From: Octopus sinensis
Lineage: Eukaryota
Length of the DNA: 64,000 bases
Assembly (NCBI RefSeq): GCF_006345805.1
Contig: NC_043008.1
Location: 77,438,001-77,502,000, forward strand
Direction of reading: 5' to 3'
Below, piece after piece: positions 39,198 through 52,272 of the stretch (the first letter of the stretch is position 1; each line of letters opens with the position of its first letter). Position numbers and translations under genes: made by a program. Under the pieces are notes generated by a model, which saw nothing but the letters and a program-made list of their open reading frames with translations, had not been told where the DNA came from and searched no databases.

Positions 39198-40311
39198 ATG
39201 CACTCAAAAATAAATTTTCACTCTTATTTTTCCATTTCCCCCCATAAACAGAAAAAGTTACATTTTAAAATTTACATGGTCACAATTTCATATCTAGAAA
39301 ACAAAAGTTTTATAGTAAAAAAATAATTTTATATCTAAAATATAGGGGCCAAAATTTCAAGGAACTAAAAATGTAATGCAACATGGCGTACTCTGAAAAC
39401 CACAACGTTGGTAACTTATAAGCCAAGGTGATGGGTCAGAGTCAATACACTTTTGGATAAAGTTGTCAGGAATAACCCAATAGGTTTACTATTAATTCTC
39501 TGAAATATTCACGGGTTACATTTGGAATGCATTGGAGGCATTCCAAACTTGTTCATAATTTACTAAATCTCTTCATCTCTCTCTCCTTCTCCTCTCTTTC
39601 TCGCTCTAATTAGGATATACTTTTTAAAGGAGTGGGGGACTTCTATATTATTAATATATCAAGCATTGAAGATAAAATACCACAACATTGACCACATTAC
39701 TTAACTAAACACTTTTTCTTTTGTTGATCGAACCAGTCGACGGTGCCTTGTTACAGTTACCTATAATGAGCCACGACAGAATTATGTTGTCTATCACAGA
39801 TACAGTATATCATTTGTGATGTATCACAAACCGTAGATTAGACAGTCAATGCATCATTCAGGTGTTGATTCCGTCCATCACAGAATAGTCTGTATGTCAC
39901 TTTATTGAAATGTGTGGTCCGCAACTGTGTGATCTACAAGTGATTTACTCTAGTTACTCTGATGAGATAAATGATCTGGCATAACTTCCACTGACAGATC
40001 ACCAACATATTGCAGCTGACATTGAATACAATTTTACACTCGGTAATTTCAGAGTGCTCCAGATAGCTACAATATCGAACTACTTCACCTATTTACACCT
40101 ACTTACAGCTAGGCAGACTGTGACATGACAGTCTTGGAGACAGGCAGTTTTGTGACTAGGACTACATACGAAGTGTCGAGCTTTCGATTAGGTGTTCAGT
40201 ACTCTACTCGTCCTTCTGAGATTTCACTCAACGCAGTGAATAAACTCACAAGGAACACGGTCATGACAACGACGACGATGACGTGGACAACAACAACAAA
40301 GACATAATGAT

Positions 40312-40872
40312 AATAATAATCCTTTCTACTCAAGGCACAAGGCCTGAAAATTTGTGGGGAGAGAACTAGTAGATCACATTTACTCTAGTAGTAATCTGGT
40401 ACTTAATTTAGCGACTCCGAATTGATGAAAGGCGGAATTCGAACTCAATACGTAGGACGGATGAATGCGGTTAAGCATTTCTTCACCTGGCATGCTAAGA
40501 GTTCTGCCAACTCGCCGCCATAGAAAATGGTTTCCAATTTTGACGCAAAGCCAGCTATAATTCGGGAGAGGGGGTAAGTCGATTACTTCGATCCCATTAC
40601 TCAACTACTGCTTATTTTATCGACCGCGAAAGAATGAAAGGCGTCTTTATAATCACGATAACAATAATAATCCTTTCTACAAAAGGCACAAAGCCTTACA
40701 TTTCGGGGTAGGCGCTAATGCAATTTCATCGATCCCAGTGCTCATCTGGTATTTATTTTATCAATCCAGAAAGGATCAAAGCAAAGTCGACCGCAGTGGA
40801 ATTTGAACTCGGACGAAATGCGGCCAAGCGTTTTGGCCGGCGTGCTAATGATCCTGCCAGCTAACCGCCTTA
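40312..40872 (-). mobile_element. Three SINE family 1 copies (40312-40521, 40575-40645 partial, 40663-40872)
   Basis: Each reverse-complements the 56551-56766 copy. Confidence 0.85.
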
Positions 40873-40881
40873 CTACTAGTT

Positions 40882-40917
<36 letters not shown>

Positions 40918-40935
40918 ATAATAATAATAATAATA

Positions 40936-42040
40936 GGACGGACTAGCGATACCGTCGGGGAAGGTTATGAAGCAGATAGAAGAAACGGGCTATAATTACT
41001 TGGGGATATTGGAAACAACGAAATTGATGGAGAAAGAAATGACAGAAAAATTTAAGGTGGAGTACTTGCAATAACTGAGACTGATCCTTAAGTCGAAATT
41101 AAACGGACGGAATAAGATTGAAGCTATCAACACCTGGGCGGTTTCACTACTTAAATATGGAGCAGGGGTAATTGCATGGATAGTAGACGAACTAAACAGC
41201 TGAAACAGAAAGACAAGGAAGTTGCTGACTACATATGGGATACTCAACCTAAAAAGTGACACAGGAAGACTGTATGTACGAAGAAAAGAGGGGGAAGAGG
41301 ACTGATTGGATGCGAACGCAGCATTAGAGTAGAAGAAAACAACATAGCATGGTATGTAAAAAATGCCACAGAACCGCTATTATTGGAAGTAAGAAAGTCA
41401 GGCATGTGTAGGATGGAAGATTGCAAAGATAAGGCACTGTACAAGGACTTGAGAATAAATGAAACCGAAAATAGGCGAGTAAAGAAAACAATGCATGACC
41501 AATTTCATAGGGATGTTGAAGATAAGACAGACAGAGAAATAAGATGGCTATGGATGACTAAAAGTGATTTAAAACCGGAAACGGAAGCCCTAATTTGTGC
41601 TCCCCAAGAGCAAGTGTTAATAACCAATTACATCAAATACAGAATAGACTACACATTAGAAAGTGATAAGTGCAGAATTTGTGGACAAAATGGTGAAACC
41701 GTATGGCATATTACTAGTAAATGTACGCCACTAGCCTAGAAAGAATATAAGCGACGTCATGACAATATAGTAAAGATTGTACATTGGACACTTTGCAACA
41801 AGTACGGACTTGACAGAGCAAAGGAGTGGTACGAACATAAATCCGAAGGCATCATCGAAAATGATAATGCAAAGATCCTATGGGATTTTATGATTCAGTG
41901 CGACCATGAGATAGAAAATAGAAATCCAGACATAGTGTTAATTCAGAAAGAAATTAACCGATGCTGGATCTTACATATAGCATGCCCAGTTGACAACAAG
42001 GTATGAGATAAAGAAGAAAGAAAAGTCAATACATATGACA
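40936..42040 (+). mobile_element. R4/Dong-type LINE 3' fragment A
   Basis: GY.YLGI, LKPETEALICAPQEQ, CRICGQNGETVWHITSKC, KILWDF.IQCD, NPDIV; follows (TAC)(TAA)n. Confidence 0.88.
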
Positions 42041-43450
42041 GTGTGGAATGATCTACCTAAAAAAGAGGTAAGGTCCAGTCCCTAGCAGGGATAGAATTAC
42101 CAAATAGAGAACTGATTAAATGAATTGAAAAGGAAGGCTACAAATACCTTGGCATATTAGAGTTCAACGAAATCAGGGAGAAGGAAATGAAAGAACAAAT
42201 GAAGATGGAATATTTCAGAAGACTAAGATTGGTGTTGCGCTCAAAATTGACCGGATGGAATAAAATCCAAGCAGTTAATACATGGGTGATAGTATCACTT
42301 CGTTATGGAGCTATAATCATAAAATGGTAAAAGAAAAAAACAAGTGATGAACATGGATACGATGACAAGAAAAATATTGTCAGTGCACGGAGCCTTCCAC
42401 TCCGATAGGCTGTACTTGTGTTTGACACCGATAGGCTGTACTTACACAGAAGAAAGGGTGGGAAAGGTTTGTTCAATTGCCAGTATTGCATCAACACAGA
42501 GGAAAACTGCTTAGGATTGTTTATAAAAAGTACCGTGGAACCAGTGTTGAAACATGTGAAGAAGTCCAGCGTCATTAAAACTGATACTTGTGTAAATAAA
42601 AAAAGAACATAAAGAAGAAAAGACACACACAAAACAGAAACATTATGGAAGGTGAAAAAGTACGGTTAATTTGCAAGAGATACGAAAGCCAAGATAGATA
42701 CAGAAGATCTGTGGAAATGAATGAGGAGGAGTGACATGAAGATAGAGACAGAAGCACTTATATGCGCAGCTCAAGAACAAGCGTTAAAGACTAATTATGT
42801 GAAGTGAAGATTCGACAACACTACCGACAGTGACAAATGCAGAATGTGTGGTGAGTGGGGTGAAATGGTATGTACATCGTCAGCGAATGCCCGAAATCAT
42901 CACAACGCGAATACAAAAGACATAGCATTGTGGCAAGAATGATTCATTGGGAGCTCTGTGGAAATCACGGCCTACAAATAACAAATAGGCTGTGGTATCA
43001 GAAAACCCAGAAGGAGTCGCGATCATCTGACCAAACATTGGGAACCGGACATTGTTGTGGTAAGTAAAAAAGAAAGAACATGCATGATAATCGACATAGC
43101 ATATCCCGGTGACAACAGGATCAAGGAGAAAGAAGAACAAAAATTTAACAACTGTGATGATTTGAAGTGGAAAATACGAAGGTTGTGGTCAATGAGCAGA
43201 GTTGTGATACCAATAGCTATTGGCGCACTCGGAAGTATCAGCACTCAACTACAACATGCCTCAAAGAGATTGGTACAACTGTAAAAGTACAACATCTACA
43301 AGACCCAGTATTGCTTGGAACTGCAAGAATCCTTCGCAGGGTTCTTGAAGCATGACCAGTAAACAAGTGTCACCTTAGTCTGCTGGCTGTGGACAGTTGA
43401 CACTTCCCATCATACTCAGTAAAATATGCCGAGAATTTTCATCAAACAAT
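42041..43450 (+). mobile_element. R4/Dong-type LINE 3' fragment B with 3' UTR
   Basis: GYKYLGI, DRLYLHRRKGGKGL, CRMCGE.GE, PDIVVV, IIDIAYPGD, LLGTARILRRVLEA*. Confidence 0.88.
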
Positions 43451-43458
43451 AATTATTA

Positions 43459-43676
43459 TAATAACCCTTACAAATAAAGACACAAGGCCTGAAATTTTGG
43501 GGAGAGGACTAGTCGATTACATCGACCCCAGTGTTTCAGTGGTACTTGATTTATCGACCCAGAAAAGATGAAAGGCAAAGTCGACCGCGGCGAAATTTTA
43601 ACTCAAAACGTAGCGACGGGGGAAATACTATATAGCATTTTGCACGGCGTGCTAACAATTCTGCCAGCTCGCCACC

Positions 43677-43680
<4 letters not shown>
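43459..43680 (-). mobile_element. SINE family 1
   Basis: Near-consensus full copy abutting (TAA)n. Confidence 0.9.
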
Positions 43681-43728
<48 letters not shown>

Positions 43729-43739
43729 TAATAATAATG

Positions 43740-43785
<46 letters not shown>

Positions 43786-43856
43786 TAATAATAATAATAA
43801 TAATGATGATGATGATGATGATGATAATAATAATAAAAATAATAATAATAATGATG

Positions 43857-43889
<33 letters not shown>

Positions 43890-43913
43890 TAATAATAATA
43901 ATAATACAACAAC

Positions 43914-43953
<40 letters not shown>

Positions 43954-44020
43954 ATAATAACAACAACAACAACAACAACATTAATAATAATAATAATAAT
44001 TATAATTATAATAATGATAA
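43681..44020. repeat. (TAA)n/(TGA)n/(CAA)n microsatellite
   Basis: Direct inspection. Confidence 0.97.
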
Positions 44021-47000
44021 CACCGAGAGAACACCGGGGACGGGAGAGAACACCGGGGACGGAAAGAACACCGGGGACGGGAGAGAACACCGCAGATAAG
44101 GAGAGAACACCCGGGACGTTTAAGAATTAAGAACGATAAAACAGTGCTCCGAAATCTATCCACAAACATCGAAAACAAAGACATCGTATGGAGCCAAAAA
44201 TTTACTAACAAAGGACTGGACTATATCCGAGTAAGTAATACTCATTGAAATTTATTACTATTTTCGAAACGAAATGATGTATTTTAACTCGATATCATCT
44301 TCACCTCTGACACAACACATGTAAACATGCGTGATACATTACAATCCATCAACACCAGATCATCCCCGACCCCAAACACCATATATAAAAAAACTACGAA
44401 GAAATTAAATAACACCGATATTATTCAACCCAAGAATAACAATCGGGAAGTACGTACTTTAAACTTACAACACAAAATGTACGAAAAACTACACGTGCAA
44501 AACAATGTGACAACAGAAATGAACGGACCGGTACCCTATGAAAATGACGACCGTCAAAATAATGGGCCGGATGTTGTTCCTCATGTCCCGCAAATAAAAC
44601 CCAAAAAACATAAATGGACACGTGAGGAATACATTTCTATCCTACACGCTTACTTCACAGCAGTGTTCTACCCAAAAAATGAAAACACAACAACACATAC
44701 ATATAAAATATGGAAGAAAAATAACATAAATATAGACTTGGATACAGCAATGAACCCTAATAAACTAGCAAACGTACGAAGATACATTCTCAACGCAAAA
44801 AATATATCAGAAATAGAAATAGAACATCTAAAAGAAAAAAATACATCAGGAAAATGTAGATAGAAGCCACACAACAATGCCCAATAATATAAACACTGAA
44901 ACAGTAAAACACGAAGACAATCATAACATTCTCAACAAACACGATGTAAACAAAATACAACAAACCCAGACCGTAAGGATGCATAATAATACACGACAAA
45001 CAGCAAGCCAAAACACGACAAACAAACATACGAACGTGAAAAAAAGTGACACAAATGTAAAACTTGGAAAAATGATTATGATACTATAAAAAGTAGAATA
45101 ATCAAAGAACTGAAAAACACAGATCTCAAAATGGACCACCGACCATACCTCCCAAAAATCAAAATAGACGAAACAACAACATCAATTATAAACAGCATAA
45201 ACCTAGCCGTCACGGAACTAATAGCCACTGAAACAAAAAGCGATATCACTGAGCTAAATGACTTAGTATACGCAGCAGCCACTGCAGCCACAAAAGAAGC
45301 TGGATACTCACTCAAACCCATCCAAACGGAAGTACCACCACTCAAACAAACCCTGTGGATAAATAACATCCAAAACAAAATACAAAAAATGAGAAAAGAT
45401 CTGTCGATTCTTAATGAAATCAGTAGACAATCAACGCTACTGAGCAACAAAAAGAAAACAAAAACACTCCGCAAATACAACATCACAGAAAAAGATTTAC
45501 CTGAGATAAAAGAAAAACTAAAGCAAGATATCCTTGCCAAAGCACAAAGGATCCGCCGGTACGAGAAACGCCAGCGCTTCTTTGAACAAAACAAAAAGTT
45601 TAACTCCAACCCCAAAAAGTTCTAACAAAAACTTGGCAAAATTAAAATAGAAATCACTGCAGCACTAACGGCAGAAGTGGAGGAATTCTGGAGAGAAATA
45701 TGGTCGGCGAACGAACAACCAAAAAAAAAATGAGTATTAAAACAACAAACTCAGCATCTGAGCAACTTTGGACCCCCATAACAACTGAAGAGGTCACCCA
45801 GGCACTGCAAAGACTAAGCAACTGGAAGGCACCTGGACATGACAAGATACCCAACTTCTGGTTGAAATATCTAACAGGAATGCACAAAAAGCTGGCTAAA
45901 AACTTTAACAACATACTAGCAGAGCCAGAGACAATGCCAGAATGGCTCACGAAGGGGAAAACCATCTTAATTCCCAAATCAAATGAGACAGCAAAACCAG
46001 AAAACTACAGACCAATAACCTGTCTCCCTACAATGTACAAGGCATTTACTGCAGTGATATCGCAAAGGTTGAACAAGCACCTGGACGAAAACAACCTGTT
46101 TCCAGAAGAGCAGAAAGAATGCCGCAAATGCTCATATGGCTGTAAAGATCAACTAATGATTAATAAAGCCATAACTGAAGACAGCCACAGAAAGAAGAAA
46201 GGCTTCAGTATGGCCTGGATCGATTAAAAAAAGGCGTTTGATAGCATCCCCCCACACATGGATCCTCGAAACACTAGCCATTAACAAAGTAGCACCAACA
46301 ATTATAAAATTCATAGGACAATCTATGAATAAATGGCAAACAGTGCTACAGCTCCAAATAAAAGAGGGACTCATGAAAACCAAAGCCATCCCCATTAGAA
46401 GAGGAATATTCCAGGGAGACACGCTCTCTCCACTCCTTTTCTACTTGGCACTATCACCTCTATCTGATATGCTAAATAGAACTGGATGCGGATATAAATG
46501 TTACTGCAAAACGATCAGCCACCTTTTATATATGGATGACCTAAAACTATACGCTGCAAATGACAAACAGCTGGAAACACTATTAAAGACAGTTCATGGA
46601 TTTACCAAAGAAATAGATATGAAATTTGGATAAGAAAAATGCGCCAAAGTAACCCTGAAAAGAGGAAAACTAGTTAAGAGTAGCAACATCACACTAGATA
46701 AAACCAATGAAATAAAAGAATTAGACCAAAGCCAAACTTACAAATACTTAGGAATCCATGAACTAGATATGACGAGTTAGATCAATACTAAAAACAGCTC
46801 AATGCTAAAAACAAGATAATAGCCGTCCCAGTTATAAGTTACAGCTACAATATCCTTAACTGGACACTAAATGAACTGACCAAAATAGATAGGAAAACAA
46901 GAAAAATACTGACAGGATCTAGGATGCATCACCCAAAATCTGACATAGAAAGACTATATACACAACGTATAGAAGGTGGTAGAGACTTTATACAGCTGGA

Positions 47001-48080
47001 AAACTACTATAAAATAACCACCATAGGACTGCAAAAATATCTACTTCAGAAGGAAGGAAAACTGATACAAATAGCGGCAAAACACGAGCAAAACAAAAAA
47101 CTGTTCTCAGTATTTAAGGAAGCTGACAAATACAAACAAGAAACCATACCACCTAACAAATATGAAGAAAAAGAAGAAGATGAAGAAACAACAAAAGCTA
47201 TAAAACAAATGAAATCCAAACTAAAACAAGAACAGCAAAGAACCATGATAAAACGATGGCAAGAAAAGCCCCTTCATGGTAAATACTGCACTAAACTAAA
47301 CGCAAAAGAAATAGACAAAGAAAAATCCCAGCAATGGTTGAGAAGCTCAGGACTCAAAGCAGAGACAGAGGGATTTTTAATTGCAGCACAAGACCAAAGC
47401 CTCCCCACCAGAAATTACCAAAAACATGTAATGAAAAGAAATATTACAAGTAACTGCAGAATATGTGGAGATGGACAAGAAACAATAAATCATATTATCT
47501 CTGGCTGCCCAGTCCTGGCTAAGAAGGAATATATTCACAAACATGACAGAGTTGGAACCTACATACACTGGAAGCTATGCCAACATTATGGAATAACAAC
47601 AGGAAAAAGATGGTATAGGCACACACCAGAAAAGGTCACAGTAAACGAGAAAGCAACCATATTCTGGGATATGCCGATACACTCAGATAGAGAAATTAAG
47701 GCCAACAGACCAGATATAGTTGTCAGAGATCATGAAGGAAAAAAAATACTTTCTAATTGATGTATCAATACCGGCAGATGACAACGTGTCTCTAAAAGAA
47801 ATGGAGAAACTCTCAAAATACAAAGACCTGGAAATAGAGGTAACCAGAATGTGGAATCTAAAAACAGAAAAATATTCAGACAAATACAAAATAAAAACAC
47901 CAGGACTTACAAACACATATAACATACAGAAAATTGCACTACTAGGCACTGCACACATCCTACGCAGAACACTTTCCATACAATAACCATCAGAGCATCA
48001 CAACAAATCACAGCACATACCCAAGGCACACAGAGCTGCGCTCGGTTGTGAAGTGAAAGCACGCTATAAAAATAAAACTA

Positions 48081-48084
<4 letters not shown>
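44021..48084 (+). mobile_element. Near-full-length R4/Dong-clade LINE inserted in (TAA)n
   Basis: 5' ~19-bp tandem repeats (44021-44119); HKWTREEY N-terminal motif; RT WKAPGHDKI, YRPITCLPTMYK, AWID*KKAFDS, RGIFQGDTLSP, LLYMDDLKLY; CRICGDGQETINHIISGC; RPDIVV...LIDVSIP...KYKDL. Several frameshifts and small deletions. Confidence 0.95.
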
Positions 48085-48144
<60 letters not shown>

Positions 48145-48150
48145 GTAATA

Positions 48151-48710
48151 TTAAATGCCCTGATGCAGTACCAGACAGTGGCTCTCATGGCTTCCGATCT
48201 TAAATGATTAGAAGTGTTATCATGTACATTGTTTTGTCTTGGTATAAAAGACGGGCTACAGCAAATATTCTGCTCAATACTACAGATTTGTTTGTCAGCT
48301 ATTTGACCTTAACTAGTTGATCATGTCCCTTAGTTGCTGATGATATGTGCATCTCTGATCATGAGCAGAAGTAGTAGGGGAGCATCATAGTCATGTGTTG
48401 AGAGGGATTCTTTAGGGTTTGAATAATTCACCTCTGGAAACATGAGTGTTTCGTTCAACATCCTTAAATAACCCTTATTCAGGGACCTTTTGAGCGGGAT
48501 GGGTTACTCGACCAGAGGAAAATTCAAACTGGGCCCCACATACAAGGTCATGTGCTGTTTATTTTGATATGAGCTCACCATGCCGCACACATATGGTTGT
48601 GATGTATGTGCCTAGTGTACCCTTATCAGACGGGTAGTCATGATGGCTATCCTGGGCTTCGTATATTTTGCCCGAGTGTCACTTTGATGGCATGCACTGC
48701 TCTCTCACTC
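48151..48710. mobile_element. About 560-bp non-coding insertion flanked by (TAA)n on both sides
   Basis: Higher-complexity block between TAA tracts 48084-48150 and 48711-48760; no ORF. Confidence 0.5.
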
Positions 48711-48717
48711 AATAATA

Positions 48718-48752
<35 letters not shown>

Positions 48753-48779
48753 GTTATAATATTCACTGAGTAGAAAGAG

Positions 48780-49275
48780 TACTGGAGTCGGAGAAATGTA
48801 AGATTCTGTGAGACTTTCTAATTCAAATGGACAAGAAGTTAGAAAATAATAAACCAAACTTAACCATTATAGATAAAGAAAACCGAAATTGCTTACTTAT
48901 CGACCCATCATGCCCGTTTGATTCCAGGATCGTAAAGAAAGAGGAATAAAAACAACAGCAAAAAATACAATCCCTTAAAATTTGAAATAAGAAGAATTTA
49001 GAGCATGAGATCAGTAACGGTCGTGCCTATAATAATTAGTGCGTTGGGAAGAAGATATAGACAAATGGCTGAAGGACATTGGAATAGAATGCCCGTTACA
49101 GATCCTTTAGAAAGTTTGTCTCTCAGGGACAGCAAGGATTATTAGGAGAGTTCTAACTACTTGAAAGACAGCTGAAAATTTGTGGATACCTAAGCTAACA
49201 GGTAGTAACCCGCTACCCACATAGATCCTACGAGAAATAAAATCGAACCTGAGCCAAACCAAAATAGTAATAATA
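48780..49275 (+). mobile_element. R4/Dong-type LINE endonuclease-end fragment
   Basis: DFLIQMDKKLENNKPNLTIID...LIDPSCPFD...GTARIIRRVL. Confidence 0.8.
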
Positions 49276-49337
49276 AATATGCGGCTTTTTATCGAAGTTT
49301 GATCCAAAATCAGACATTTAAAAGGAGAAAACAGAAT

Positions 49338-49441
49338 CAATTAAATTGACCAAAATATTTTACTGGTATTTATTTTATCGATCTCTCGAAGAATGAAGAG
49401 GTAAGTTGACGTTGGTAAAATTTGAACTGAGAACATAAAGT
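49338..49441 (-). mobile_element. SINE family 1 partial
   Basis: actggtatttattttatcgat...gaatgaagaggtaagttgac...atttgaactgagaac. Confidence 0.7.
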
Positions 49442-49509
49442 GACGTGATGATAACCTGTAATATGTTTTACATAGCCCTCCTATTTCTGACTGATCTCTA
49501 TATACTCAC

Positions 49510-49612
49510 GGTCAATAAAAGATTTCCATATATAGCTTTTCCCAGCAAATCTCCGTGTATTAAACTTCTCACATTGCTCTTTTCGGTAATCCGGTTCTGG
49601 AGTCGGACATTT
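49510..49612 (-). CDS. Internal exon of an ADAMTS/ADAMTS-like (or papilin/THSD4-like) gene: end of TSP1 repeat and start of the cysteine-rich domain
   Basis: Minus strand: polypyrimidine tract + acceptor (tttgttgtattttgccAG), 103-nt exon translating KCPTPEPDYRKEQCEKFNTRRFAGKSYIWKSFID+C, donor GTGAGT. Matches the family motif C..D(F/Y)R.EQC..(F/Y)N...F.G..Y.W. Confidence 0.93.
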
Positions 49613-49679
49613 CTGGCAAAATACAACAAAGCAAATGAATATGAATACAACAAAGATACTGAATAATCTGGTAGAAGTT

Positions 49680-50135
49680 TTAAACAATGAGTTAAGAACA
49701 AGTGGAAGACTGGTAGAAATTTTTAAAGAATGAGGTAAGAATTGGTAGTAGCTTTAAAGAGTAAAACAAGAATTGTAAGACACATTAAATGAGTGAGCTC
49801 AGAACTGGAAACGATGTTAAATATTGAGGTAAAAGTGTATAAAAAGGAGGTAAACCTCAAAGAATAGAGAAGAAATAGTAGTTGCATTAAAGTGCTGGTA
49901 AACGCCTTAAAATGGAATAAGTACTAGTAGACGTAATTAACAATGAGGTAAGAACCGGAAGTGTTCAATAACGAGGTAAAATTGGTAGGAACCTTGAAGA
50001 ATGAGATAAGTGTTGGTAGTGTTAAAGAATGAGGTAAGAACTAATAGATACCTTAATGAATGAGGCACGTGCTGTTTGAAGCGCTAAAGTTGGAAACAAG
50101 AATTGGCTGAAGCCTTAAAGAATGAGATAAGATCT
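49680..50135. repeat. Diverged ~30-bp tandem repeat
   Basis: Repeats of aagaatgaggtaagaactggtagaagcctt. Confidence 0.75.
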
Positions 50136-51152
50136 AAAGTATAGTAAATACATTTTAGTGGCAACCAAAATCAATATTTTGTATCTTTTAACAATAAATT
50201 TATTCGTTTTGTAGGAGAGCAATAATGCATGGGTGAGTGTGTAAGTAGGAGAGTAATGAAGGGGAGAAGATGTGTATATATGTGTGCATGTGGGGGAGGT
50301 AAGAAAGCACTGCTATGTACCCCTTTAAGTATATGTACCCCATTAATGTTGTTTTTTTTATTGCTATAATTGTGATATTAATTTTGAGGTTATTGTTGTT
50401 TAAATTGTTGTATCAAAACCTGAATGAGCAGACGAGCTCAGAAGAGCCATGATCATTCCATCTTTTCAGAGGTAAATCGAATTACATTTTGAAGACTGTA
50501 AGATATGATTTCGGTCAGATTTAGCCAGCCCAGCAGCCGCATTGATGGCTCATCGTTGCTCATATATCAAATCAAAGTTATCGTTACTTTGACAATTACT
50601 AAGAAGAACCAAGTGTTACTTCTGCCAACCTGGGTAATTGAATTTCGAATACTCCAGAAATTTATCAACAGATTCCACGTGCGTTCTACTTTCTAATTAG
50701 TGATGTAATTGATAATGGTATAACAGAAATATAAGAGAAACTTTCCCATGTGATTTCGTGGACATCACATCGTTTACTGAAATATTTCACCATAAGAAGT
50801 TCGAGAGACTAGAAAGTGTCAGTTAAAATAAAAGACGAAAAGCACCGCCACCACCCGCCGCCTCCGCCCCTCCACCCCGCTACCTCATAATGATATAATA
50901 CAGAAAGGAAAGGAGGGAAAGAGAGAGAGAGAGAGAGAGTAGACCATAGCTGAAGGTAGCAAAATATAGACAGTTTTCTATGTGCTTTCAACTGGTGAAT
51001 AGCAATGGTACTCTCGTCTTTCTGATTTTGTTTTGATAACAAGGATACAGACACACAATTTTTGTAATTTTAGTTACAAAAATTTTAATAAGAGTAATTT
51101 TTGTTTTTTAACTGATTTCTTTAGCTACAAAAAATAGAGTGACAGAGTAGAG

Positions 51153-51375
51153 AATAATCCTTTTTACTATAAGCACAAGGCCAGAAATTTCGGGGGTGGG
51201 ACCAGTCGATTACATCGATCCCAGTGTTTTACTGGTACTTAATTTATCGACTCCGAAAGGATGAAAGGCAAAGTCGACCCCGGCGGTATTGGAACTCAAA
51301 ACATAAAGACAGGCGAAATATCGCCAAAGCATTTTTTGCCCGGCATGCTATTAATTCTGCCAGCTCGCCACCTTA
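51153..51375 (-). mobile_element. SINE family 1
   Basis: Full copy. Confidence 0.9.
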
Positions 51376-51983
51376 GTGGGAAAGGAGAGAATAAGTTGTT
51401 AATTTCAGTGGTTAATTATAAATTTAAATTGATTAATACAGTGTTGTTCTTATGTATCATTCAGTGACAGAGAATTTACGCAGGATGTTCTTGTTCTTCA
51501 GAGATCATTTATAAATAATATAGGCTATTATTTGAGTTATCTTCAGTTTATAGTTTCGATGCCAGACCAAGTTATTTCCTTTTATTACACAATAAAAACA
51601 GATTTTAATATTTAGAACACACATATACATCCCTAAAACATTCTGAAACAAATAGAATAGTTTTTCATAAGGTAAGAGGAGACTAGATGAACTGACCTTG
51701 CTACGAAAATGAAATAAAATACATCCGTTACGAAGTCCTTCAATGTAAAGTATAAGAATAACTGGACAAAGGACTTTATAAATAGTAAATAGGAATCTGA
51801 TTATTATTAGATTAAAACGAATTCTTGAGGGCTGCAAGCCGCTCACACACGCACACACATCTGTGTGTGTGTGTGTGTGTGTGTATATATGCGTGTGCGT
51901 ATGTATATGTATATATATATATAGTGAGTGAGAGAGAGAGAGAGAGAGAGAGAGTAAAGATTATTTGTCAACATAATGTGGCA

Positions 51984-52225
51984 GTCCTGGTTAGGAGGAA
52001 TGTTACTATTTAGCCCTAGAAAACATCGTCTCCAGCTGACTACACGAGACACTATCTGTGTCCTTATATTTTCGATAGATATTAAGCAGATATTGCTTTA
52101 TGCTGAGTGGGGACGCTAAACTTTCTTTTTTTGAAAATATAAGGACACAGATAGTGCGTCGTATAGCCAGCTGGAGACGATGTTTCCTGGGGCTAAATAA
52201 CAGTAACATTCATCCTAACAAGGAC
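51984..52225. mobile_element. Short element with ~90-bp inverted arms
   Basis: 51984-52073 versus 52133-52225 are reverse complements; flanked by GA and TA tracts. Confidence 0.8.

Positions 52226-52272
<47 letters not shown>

Larger units (their letters stand above)
35940..39452. repeat. Large inverted repeat: about 660-bp arms (35940-36607, 38796-39452) around a 2.2-kb spacer
   Basis: gtgtattgactctgaccc.tcaccttggcttataagttacc at both outer ends; arms near-identical except a ~28-bp indel and TA-tract length. Confidence 0.92.

Noticed and set aside
39955-39990. CTGATGA followed by a weak hairpin
   Set aside because: No GAAA or NUH segment follows.
44021-44119. Repeated 19-bp units as a CRISPR-like array
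   Set aside because: Directly tandem with no unique spacers; part of the LINE 5' UTR in a eukaryotic context.
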